A program made the translations under genes and the position numbers. The notes below the pieces were generated by a model that ran no database searches, had not been told where the DNA came from, and was given only the letters and a program-made list of their open reading frames with translations. From positions 20,088,001 through 20,152,000 of the forward strand of contig OZ287753.1 of assembly GCA_965649765.1 (NCBI GenBank): DNA of 64,000 nucleotides. The letters are read 5' to 3'. The stretch comes from Bispira polyomma. Lineage: Eukaryota. Shown here in pieces: positions 1-12,000 of the stretch (its first letter is position 1; each line of letters begins with the position of its first letter).

Positions 1-70
1 CCAGACTTGCTGATCCTGGTCTTGGCAAAGCAAGTTCTGATGCCATTCTACCAGCATTGAAAATCTTCCA
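1..70 (-). other. Possible exon of a divergently oriented neighbouring gene leaving the window
   Basis: Minus-strand acceptor tttgtcattacag| followed by the open frame WKIFNAGRMASELALPRPGSASL. Confidence 0.3.
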
Positions 71-124
71 CTGTAATGACAAACCACAGACATTAAGGTT
101 ATGCATACATTGCATTGAACATAT

Positions 125-300
125 GGTCCGTATATAGAGGTGTCCTATATGTCCAGGTAAAATAATAAGGGGTGGTATATATATATATATCCAGGTTAAA
201 GAATAAAAGTTGGTCTATATCTCCAGGTAAAAGAATAACATGCGGTCTATATATCAAGGTTTAACAATAATATTGGTCTATATATACTATCCAGGTTAAA
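125..300. repeat. Degenerate ~35-40 bp minisatellite
   Basis: GGTCTATATATCCAGGT(T)AAA repeated about 5 times. Confidence 0.65.
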
Positions 301-2805
301 CATTATATGCAGATAACAACACCATATACTTGGTATACTGGCCCCGGTACCTAGGGGGTCTTTGTACATGGGTAGTATTGACTTTAAAGAAAAATTACAT
401 AGCTAACAGCAGCATAGTGTATTTTAATTACATACAGGTTACCGGTTTCAATTATATTTAAACAATATTCATGTTTATAATATTTACAATTAACTTCAAA
501 GAATATTTCATAAAAGTATCTGAATAAAGACACAAATATTGAAATTAATTTTTACTAAAGTTACAATAGAAAAGAAGTTCAAGGACTTTGGAAAATATCC
601 AAAACAAATGCTTCACACGACCGACTGTAGAAGGTTGGGGAAGGCAGCTGAAGTAATGGGAATTTATATAGAGGGCTACCCCATAACTTTTCTTATCGCT
701 TCACAATACCACCAGTGTGAACCCCACATAAAATGCTATAACATAGCCTTGGTGTTCAGAATTTGGCCAAGGATGTTATCCACAACAATCATTGTCAATT
801 TTCTAGGAATTGAATCTTTTATTACCAGACCAGCTCTCAAAACATTTAGCCACTTGAGATCACCAATTGTTTTTTCATTCCATCAACAAAAGGATAGGAT
901 CAATAACAATAGTGAGGATAGAAAGATCATTTGAACACTAGCAGCTTATTCAATATGTACAATCGTACACAGGGAATACCAATCATAGCTCAAGAAAGGG
1001 GGGAAAAAAATAAAATAATAATATCAATCGCAGGACAAGTATTGCAACCCATTTCCACTAATCTTAACTCTTTTAATGCACACATCCAGTTTTATTCGCA
1101 TGCTCAACTTTGTATGATAAATAGCAGAAACATTTGTGGTATCCCTGTCGATGATGGTTTCAGTAAGCTTCATCCAGGTAAAGGTTAGCATCATTTGTGG
1201 TTAATTAAGTTCAGATCTCCAAACCTTTAGTAGAACAACCACTTAAATAAAGTCAAATAAAGCAATGTTTATATACTTAAAATAGGCTAAAACCTACTTG
1301 TAAACCCAGATTTTACCCAACTAAGTTAAGGTTAAGCTTAGACAATTGTTTAACTTTACAATAACTAAACAGTGACTTCTGTTGTTCTAGGGTGTGGCAA
1401 AAATATACGCATTTCAGATTGATAATGATTACAAATACTTATTTATTCTACTCTTACTTGTGTTGTTTCTGACATTGTAGCTGTCAATGTTTGAATAGGA
1501 CTTTGCCCCACAAACTATAAAAGTATTTATCTTTCCAAACCTTTCTCGATTTCTTTTATTTGTACCTGTATAATAAAATATAACACATTAATCTTCTTAC
1601 CATTTTATGTGAAACATTTTTTCGTAATAACTATGTTTTGTTGAGATGTTTAACAAATTAAAAGTTCTCCCTGAAAGCTCCATTTAATGAATGGTAACAT
1701 ATCTAGGTCCATTAATTTTAATAAGGAAATCTATATATATATCTGGTTTTCAAGTTTCAGTAAGACTTTAGGTTTGACAGGTCCCATGCTTAAACTAATT
1801 TCGTTCAATAGTAACAATATCAATTATATTACAGTATTATTATACTAGTCATTTCTAAACCCGTAGTGAAAACTGTAAACTAGTTATCGACACATTTAAT
1901 GCACAATTTATACATAGTCTCATAATATGAAGTCTATCAAATCATATATACTTAATATACCATTGTTATGGATACGTCAAAACAACATAAGTATTAACAC
2001 ACACACATACCCATTAATGTCACTTTGCTGTGCAATCTTCTGAAGTACCTCACTCCCGATATTGATCTCCCATAAATAACCTTCTTCGTCCACTAGTTAC
2101 AAAAACAGAATGCATTAATAAAGACATGGGCTCAAACATAGGCCCTTTTTCCTAAATAGACATTCGTGAATGGATCCTGATAGTGACTGAACACTCTATA
2201 TTATTAGATATATTAGCCAGTACGTGGATACATAGTCCATTTCTTTACTGGAAATTAGGGTCACATATATAATAAATATTACAAGGAGGAATAAACCAAG
2301 TTTGCAATGGAGAATTGGATTATGTCGTTTTACAGGTAGGGTCTAATTTAAACATACTAAAACTGAACCAAGTAATATTCCTGCCTGTTCTATAAACCAT
2401 ACAGTGTTTGAATGTCACAAAGGGTGTGAAAATAGGTAGTTAAAATATATTTTTAGACTCTGAATAAATGCTCAACACATGTTAATATATATTAATCTAA
2501 TTGCACAGATAATTTAATAGTGTTTTGACACCCTTGTTCAAATAAATATGTACTAGAGTGTACTGTTTGGGGTGTATGTTTATTTTCAAAGGTAAATATT
2601 TAATCAGTGAGCATGCTGTGTACAAGTTAACTAGCAAGTCTGAATTGTACAATTAATTATAAGCTTTAAAGAAAGGACTATGAGCGACCAAACAAATGAA
2701 ATGTAAATACCTTGTAAGAATATTTCTATTACCTCACCCTTTTGCAGATGTTGCAGAATACATACATGAAAAATGTCCAGTTAAGACGTGGTGAAAGTAC
2801 AATAA

Positions 2806-4240
2806 ATGGAGGACCAAAAGAATAAGGCAGAGAATTCCGATGTTGTGAAGTTTGAACAAACACACGATGTAAGCTCAGGGGAGAACAAAACAACAGATGG
2901 GAATAGATCAAACATGAACAATTCAGGTGAAAGTGGAGACACTGGACGTAGTATTCGAAGTGAACTAGTCACAACAGGTGCAGTCACCAAAGAGGAAACA
3001 GTAGAGATAAACCTGACTTCTGGGAGAGAGACAGGATATAATAAGTCTACATTGGTAGATAAAGATAACACAGATAATTGCAAAGATGAAACACCTGGAA
3101 TTAATTTTGACATTACATCCAGTGCGGATAAGCAGAGGTCTGAAAGTTTAAACATAGTAGTGAACATGGATAATCAGGATAAGACCCAAAGTATCAAAAC
3201 TGTAGAGAGTAGCAAGTCTGAAACTGGTAAAACAGAAGATACACATACAAAGGAAAGTGGTCTGCAACAGAATATACAGAGTGATGAGAGCACTAAAGTG
3301 TTGTGTCATGGGGATTTGGCTAAAAATGACAACAGTCAAAGTGAACCTGATGCAAAGTTAGATGGAACAAAGCCAGAGGAGGATGAAGCAACATATGACA
3401 AAGAAAAGGAATTGCAGGGGGATATAGATATCAAAGATGGCAGTACTGTTGTTTTAGTCCAGGAAAAACAATTGGATAAAAATGATAACACTCAAACTGA
3501 AAGAGATGCCAATCTAGATGGAAGAAATGTGGAAGAGGGCAAAACAACAGAGAATAAAGAAAGTCGGCTGCAATGGGATGTACAAAATAGGAGTTGTGAA
3601 GTGTCTGAGGAGAAAACATCAGTTAAAAATGACAATGTACAAACTGAAAGGGATGGAACTCTAGATGTAAGAAAGTCTGAGGATAGTGAAACAACAGCTA
3701 ACAAAGAAAAGAGGTTGCAAGAGGATGGACAAACTGAGGTTAGCAAAGTATCAACACAGAAAGTATCAGATGAACAGAAGGGACTCAAAGATACAACAGC
3801 AACAGTGCAACACTTTGAAGAGATGTACAAAAAGTCAAATGGAGATGAGGAAGCTAGTGTGATGAAACCAACAGAAGATAGTGTGGTAGTAAAAGATAGA
3901 AGTAAAACTGCAAAGCTCCATCAAAGCAGTGAGAACTTGGATGATAGCATTAAAGCAGAGGGTAGTGTTATGGACAGTGTGACTATGGATGACGTGAAGG
4001 AGGTTGACATGGACTCTCCATTACCAGAAATAACTGGCATGGTGTCCAAACCCCAGGAGATGCCACAACCTAGCTCCTTGAATGACAATAATGATGACTT
4101 AGAAGTAAACAAGGATTGTGTGGTGAAAAAGAAAGTGTCACCAGAAATTGTTAAAGTCCGTACTGGCCTGTGTCCCTTTGATGAATTACCACCATTGCCA
4201 AAGAAAGTGGTGCGGATATTTGTGAGTTCAACATTTACCG
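2806..4240 (+). CDS. Paralog A exon 1 (acidic low-complexity N-terminus plus start of DUF4062)
   Basis: ATG preceded by in-frame TAA; ends ..SSTFT G|GTAAGT. Confidence 0.85.
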
Positions 4241-5987
4241 GTAAGTAATTGGATGTATTTGACATACACCAAAACCGCATTGATCATTAACGTTTAAAAT
4301 TGCTTATTTAACTGTTAATACACTATAAATGTCAAAATGCTGTGGCATAGACGGTGCACTTGCTGAAACTCAAAGTGGTAACAGTTAAAGTTTTGGTAAC
4401 ATTAAATTTTTTTTTAAAACACACCAAGGGCAATTCTGAAGTTAGTGAATTATTGTCTGGTACAAAGCACAACTATTCAGATAATTGATACAAAATAATC
4501 AATATGTATTGATACTAGCTGTAAGTATAGTCAAACAAAACTTACAAGAAACCACCTCTGAATAGAGACTGTCTCTTTATAAACACTAGCGTGCAAACCT
4601 CTACCAAGGTGCCAAACATATCTGCACCCTCCACCTTTTTGGAATGTAAATGTCTTGCATGTCTTTTTAGATGTAAGTGATCATAAGTCAACTAACTGAG
4701 TGTATCGGATATGTACTTGAACAATTCTAAGGATACCTTTAAAGAGAAGTAACCAGGACTATCTCTTAATGGCTTATAAACCAAATCTATAAATATTAGG
4801 TAGGAAGAACAAAATATTATAGTTTGTTCTTTTGACTCAATTTCATCAAGCCCAAATATTAGTTTTTAGTGTTGTAGGTGAGTTATGTGATTCATCTGAG
4901 ACGAACACAATTTATGTTAAAAAGATTCTATTTCAGATACAAAAGAGGAAAGAAATGCTTTGATGCAGTATGTGTATCCCAAGTTATCTGACTATTGCAG
5001 AGAAAGACATGGTCTAGATTTCCAGGTATGGTGATGGCTGAGCTTTTTTTATGAACTTATGAATGTGACTGAAACAACAAATAACCCAATTTATTGCTTT
5101 TAGTATGCAATTCATGAACTGTTACAGAATTTATATATCTATTTGACAAATATCACTCTTTAGATAGGAATTCATGGAATAAAATCCCTCCTAATTACAG
5201 TAATTGAGTTTATCTCTGGTTGTTATATGTATGTTTTTATGTTGAAGCGTTTTACATGTTTGAGGAATTTGGATAAATTTTTAAAATACAGTCAAACTCG
5301 GAATCTCCACTGGTCCCTTGATCGACTGAAAGGGGTTCAACTCAGCTTTTTTTTTACATGTTGTCTATTATGAAATATATTCTAAAATCTATGCTTCTAT
5401 GATATGTGTATTTTATCTTGTACAGATAGTTGACATGCGTTGGGGAGTACCAGAACAGGCATCTGACAATCACACAACTTCAGAACTCTGTATACAAGAG
5501 ATAAAGAAATGTCAAGAAGTCTCTGTGGGACCAAACTTTATGGTAATGTCAAACCTAATATATTTTTTTATATACTATATTAAAAATACACAGAAATTGG
5601 TCAAATATACTGTTCGAAGCCAGGGAAACACCAATTTTAATAAATTGAACTTTTGCCAACTCACACACGTAATAATAGATTTTTCTGCTGACATGCATAA
5701 CTTTTTTTACATTATTTAAAACTTCAAATAATGAGCATTTCTTTGGCTTAACCAGGCAATTGTAGGTGACAAGTATGGCTACAGACCAGTGCCGAGGTCT
5801 GTGGAGGAAGGCCTGTTTCAGACTCTAACATCATCAGAAGTTGACGGATGGCAGTTAGTTGAGGAGTGGTATAAGAAGGATACAAATGCAGTACCAGCTA
5901 TCTACATTCTTCAGCCAATCAGTTCAAAGATACAACATTATAATAACCTGGTGAGACACATTATTATTGAGCATTTATATAGAACCC

Positions 5988-6038
<51 letters not shown>

Positions 6039-9000
6039 CTCTAAGGTGCTGATTGCCCAAAAGCGAAGTTTTACAACACAAAGTGGGTCATCATCAATAG
6101 GCAATGACTTGTTCACATCTTTCCCATTTTGTTCTACGCAAATTGACCTAGCGGCCTTAGCAGGAATCAAACCATGTAGCTTCAAATTACCAAATCAACA
6201 CAAAGTATAAAATACCCTTGGCATTATATTGCCTCTTAATATTTGTAGGTTACAAGTGTTATCACCATTGTAATTGCTAGTATTTAATCAATTGCTAGTT
6301 CTAATTTCTAAAATTTACTTTGATCACCCATTCTTTCTCTTCAGAGGTTATATGTGAACTGACCGAGATGTTGCAACATTTACTGATATTAATAACTTTA
6401 AGACTACATCTATTTCGAGGCAATGTAGAAATCATATAGAAGGTATTATTTACTTATACAATTTAAAAAAAATGTTAATATGTTAATTTAGGAAAATGCT
6501 GAGTTAAGATATGAGGCTTGGAATCAGTGGAACAGGGAGAACCAACAACTGTCCATAGCATTACGAGCGGCAGCAGACAGAGCATACGAGAGAAAGAGAA
6601 TCAATTCGGCAGACAAACAGCTGTTTTATATGTCAGGTAAACAGACGTTGTTGACATGTGTACTTTATTTATTTATTTTAAAATATCTTGTATTTTTTTA
6701 CATCGACATGCATGGATATAACACTTAATATCTTAATATCTGTATAGTCCTGTGAATCTATCTTGCTCATTACATACACAGATCAAGACTTTTCTTTGTT
6801 ATTTCAACAAACCATGCAGCTATCTCACACCACAGTTTGTTGACAGGTTAACAATAAAGATAGAATTTGACACTATATTATCAGTGAAATAAATCCTGTG
6901 GTCTGTCTTATATTGCATTTCTATTACTTTTAAGGTCATGATGAAATGTTCTTGTGTCCTCACATATATGTTTTTATATGTGTATCAATGTTGTTTTTTA
7001 TTTTTAGTGACTGAAAATGAAATAACTACTGGTGTTATAGAAGGGAGCAATGATCCGTCTGAATCTTGCTACTGTGTTATAAGGAAAATAAGTGACGTTG
7101 ATCGACATTTAGATGAAGGGAGAGCGCCAAGGTTTTTGGATATGGATCAAACTAAAACAAGAGATACTGAGGCAAAGACACTGTTAGATGACCTTAGAGA
7201 GAGCAAACTGAGGCGGCACATACCTGAGGCCAACTTAACAGCTCTGGACATAGAGTGGTCTGTCAGTGGAGCCTGCATGTCAATAGAAAAGTGTCAAGAT
7301 GTACAGGTATTAAAGTTTGCCCAAAGGTTTTTTAAAGAGAAAAAGATGGGCTTGTTGAAGCACAAAGAATACTTAGACAGCCTTTGCAATGATGTATTTG
7401 TAAAACTGCATAGACTCATAGAAGAAGGAACACATAAGCAGACAGAAATGTATGATGATTTGACTACTGAAATACTACAACATTTCCATTTGGCCAAAAT
7501 GAGGTGCGATGTGTTCGAAGGAAGAGAAGACATTTTATGTGAGATACAGAAGTACCTGAGTCAACAAGACACATCATGTCCATATGTTGTGTATGGAAAA
7601 TCTGGTTGTGGAAAAACATCAGTCATGGCCAAGGTTTTTGAAAGTGCGTCAAACCAGGCATATACAAATCACTGCAACAGTTGCTTTACTGTTATTGCAA
7701 GATTTTTAGGCACTTCAACAAAAACATCCAACGTTCATCAGCTGTTGGTTTCTATGTGCATGCAGCTGTCAGCAATATTTGAAACACCATGGAAAGAACC
7801 AGAGCAGTTTACGGAATTAGTGAAATCATTTTACCGATTACTCGAAAATGCAACTTCCACAAAGCCAGTACTTCTGATTTTAGATTCTGTAGACCAACTC
7901 ATGCCAATTTATAATGCATATAAGCTTTTTTGGCTCCCAGATGAATTCCCACCAAATGTAAAGTTAATTGCTTCAACGATTGATGAAGGTTACAATATAC
8001 TCGATGCATTCAGAGAAAAGTATGAGTCCATCGGTTTGAAAACAACTGTGGTTAACCCTCTTGGAGAAAAACTAGGTTTAGAAATTATTACAAGATGGTT
8101 AAAGAAAGATGGTCGCCAAGTTACTGAAAGCCAAAGAAGTATTGTTCAAGAAGTCCTGACAAAGTGCAGTCTCCCACTATATGCTAGGATTGTCTATGAC
8201 CATGTTAGAAAATGGAAATCATTTGACGTGCCAGCAGTTGAGCAGTTAGAAACCACCATTAAAGGGGCTATTAATAAGCTTTTCCAGCAAATGGAAGAGA
8301 AATTTGGGAAACATCCAGTCCAGCACTGCCTGGCCTACCTGACTAATTCAAGATATGGCCTCAGTGAAACAGAATTAGAACATATCCTGTCACTTGATGA
8401 TTTGTTGCTCAATAAGATATTTAAGCTTTGGAACCCACCAGTGAGAAGAATTCCAGCTCTGATTTGGACAAGAATCCGTGCAGACATACACAGCTACATT
8501 GTTGAAAGATCTGCAGATGATCAGCTGGTCTTATATTGGTATCACAGACAGTTTATACAGACCACTAAAGAAAGGTATTTGGCAGACAGCGAATTTGCAA
8601 ATCACATTAATGAGATACTGATTGACTATTTTAGTGGAAAGTGGGGCAGCGGGAAAGAGAAGCCCTTTTTATACACAGATTCTCAGATGAAGAGATTTGG
8701 GTTTGAGAAAGCAGAAAGCAAGGCAGATAGAAAAGTTCCAAGTCAGCCATACTGGATTGAACATACAGTGCCTGGAAATTCAGAAACTAGATATAACAAA
8801 CGAAAGTTATCTGAACTTCCTTATCATTTGCTCAGGAATAAGGACTTTGAAGAGTTAAAAGAACAGGTTTTCTTTTCATTTAAGTGGTTGTATGCCAAAA
8901 TGAAAAGCACAAGTGTTCAACAAATGATTGAAGAGATAGATATATTCATGAGAGCAGACAAAATACTGAAAAAGGATGCTGAAATGAAACTAATGTATGC

Positions 9001-12000
9001 CAATTTACAGCTCATAAGACCATACATACTCGTGTATCCTGATTCCCTTTCATACGAGTTATCAGGAAGATTAGCGAAATATATTGGCAAATATAAGCAT
9101 ATCACAGATCTAATTCAACAATGTGACATTATGGGTAGAAATTATTGCCCTTTGATACCACTAACCACATGTTTTGAAACAGCAAGTTTAGGTTTTCAGC
9201 AAAACCTGAACTTCCGATCTAAGGAACCATGGCATCAAGGTGGTACGTTCACTAGCTCTCCTGATTTCAGAACACTATATGTGTTGGATTACAATGAGGA
9301 AGGTTTGCCTTTAATATCTTCCTGGGATGTGGACAGAGGGGAGAAAATTAATGAAGTCCTCATTGATAAAGTGAAAACTGATGAACATAAATTCACTACT
9401 GATCTGTACTTTCAAGCAGAATGTACCAAAGGTGGTAAGGAGTTGCTTGGCTTCTATAAGCAAAGAATGGATGCAACATATCAGAAAATAGTGAAATCAG
9501 GTTGTGGTTTAATCGACGTCATCGATTTAGAAACTGGCAAAGTGAAGTCCACATATGACACATTTTTGTACAGGGATGAATTTTTCAACCCACTCTTCTA
9601 CCTTACAGATAATTTTATGTGTGTTGCCCACGGTTGGAAAATGCCATTGATAAATTACACTGAAGATAAATGTCATAGTTACAATAGACCTACATTAATG
9701 AGTAGGAATGAGAAGTTTTTCATAATGTGTGGAAAAGATAAAACTGTGCTGCGTCTGTTTGAAACAAAACAGGTTGTTGCAGAATTTGAAACTCCTGAAT
9801 ATCAAATTTCAGTAACAGCATCAGATGATTTCTCTGTTATAGCAATGATGGGTGCTGAAACAAAGGATATCAGCATCTTTGATCTGTCAAATAAAGTGGA
9901 TAAATTAAGTGAGAAATCTGTCCAGTTCCTTAAAAGTCGGGTTGTCTTCAATCTGGATGGTAAAACTGTTGAATTAGTATCATCTGTGTTCAAACCTATA
10001 TTGGAGACTTTGGAAAATGGAAGAATACAAGAGAAAACAAACAACAGAGTCATAATGCAGATCAGCCCAGATAAGAGGCATTTGATGGTTGTTTTTGTTG
10101 GATGGAAATGGATGGCATTTTTGTGGAAAACAGTGGGGAAGTACAGTGCCAGATTTGTGGGTAAATACAGTGCTAAGTTTGTTGGACCAATTACTCCTCA
10201 TCAAATGCAGTGTAGCAGCAGGTACCCTATGTTTAGCTATGATAGCATTGCTCTGATATACACACTGAGGAGGAGAAAGATCCTGATTGTCTCCACGGAC
10301 ACTCTTGAAGTAACAAATGAGTATATGATGAAAGAAGACATCAAGGACATATGCATATCTAAAGTTTCAAACAAAGTAGCTGTCATGCTTCAGAAGAGCA
10401 TAATGTTACTCAATGTAGTCAGAGAAGATGAAGAGGTGACAAAAGGGAAGTGCAAACCTGGGATGACTCAACTGACCGAGGTGCTTTTACCGCGAGAGAT
10501 CATAAAGGGAGTGGTTCATTCTGAAATCATCCAGAGAAATATCAATGACATTACAGAGCTGCAAGAGGTATGTTTAAGTGTATAAATCTAAAAACATTTT
10601 TGGGGGCTGTTAGTTCTGATGTTAACATTATTCCTTGAACCCAGGAGAAATGAAGGTTTTGCGTTGTTACAATAAGCATGCATATGTATGTCTAATACAT
10701 TTTAGTATTGTATGTGTTACCTATTATGACATTTAATTATATGTATATTGTAATTAAATTTTTATACTGAGAGACTATCAAAATACAATAAAATAATCAG
10801 AAAATAGTATAAAAGTCACTGTTCCAAGACCATTCTTATAAATCTATTTGTGGTAAGAACAATATTATAGGCTGTGTGGCGTCATACTCTGTTAATGATG
10901 TTCGAATGGTATAATTAGATCAAATTTGTATCCGCTTGTATTCCAACATACTGTAATTTATGTATAAAGCTGTAGTGAAGGAGTCTATTAGTAGTGTGTG
11001 TAATAATCATTGACAGATATAAACAAACATTGTACGTGAATAGACACATTACTATTGACTGGTTGCTAATAGACAAGGTAATAAAATCATAAAACAGTAC
11101 ATTATAGAGTTACATATATAAAATATTTTAATAGATTTACATACATGTAGGTGCTATTTTTACAGATTGGCGATATTTCAACAGCAGCAAATACAGACAG
11201 AATAGCATCAGCAAGAAGTAGGTCTAAGGAAGCAGTGGCAAAGTACTATACACCAGATGGTTATAGAGTTCTTCACCTTCACAAAAAAGCACAAGTTATA
11301 GACACGGTACAGCAAGATATTATATATACACCCAAACCAGGAGACACAATTGCAAGAAGTTTTACAGCTAACGATGGCACAGTGGTCAATGAGAATGTAG
11401 CAATACCTGATATGTCATCTAAATTCCATAGTGGAAACAGATTAGCCGACAGTTCGATGGAGAAAATGGACCGAGCAATGAAATTCAGTGGAAAGAATAT
11501 GGAAAGAGAAAATATTAAGGGTGAACTATTAAAACCTATTCTATCAGAGAAAAATTTGGCTAATACAATTAACTTAAGACAGGGTGACCGTATAGTTAAT
11601 GAAAACAATAGAATTAAATTCAGAATGACCACTGAAACTGAAGGACAGATAGAGGTTATGGTAGTGCCATCTGTGATCACAGTCTATGCAGTCGAAGACT
11701 TGAAGCTGAAGAAGCTGCAGAGAATTACAGTGTACCATGAGGTTGTGCTTGATATTAGCAATTCTTATATGGCAACGTCCAAGACAAATACACTGGGACA
11801 TTTTGTAAAGGTTTATGAACAGGCCAGTGCAAAATCCCTTGCGGTTCATGAAATGGCATTTGCATGTGAGTGTGCTAGATTTTCTTCAGAACAAGAGCAC
11901 CTGTTTGTAGTTGATCGTTCGCTAACCGTAAAGCAAATGCTGGGCCCCCAATTTACAGGGGTTCTAAGGAAGTTTTCTCTTATGGATCAAGAGCTGTCAG

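Noticed and set aside
539-1188. ORFs 539-934 and 931-1188
   Set aside because: Non-ATG starts, no recognisable motifs and no splice support.
2781-4280. Antisense ORFs overlapping the large coding exons (also at 7294-12838, 17545-18467, 22555-28324, 46347-50244)
   Set aside because: These are shadow frames of real coding exons or of the coding repeat, with no independent motifs.
5964-6210. ORFs with YIYIYI runs (also 45326-45541)
   Set aside because: These are translations of (TA)n microsatellites.
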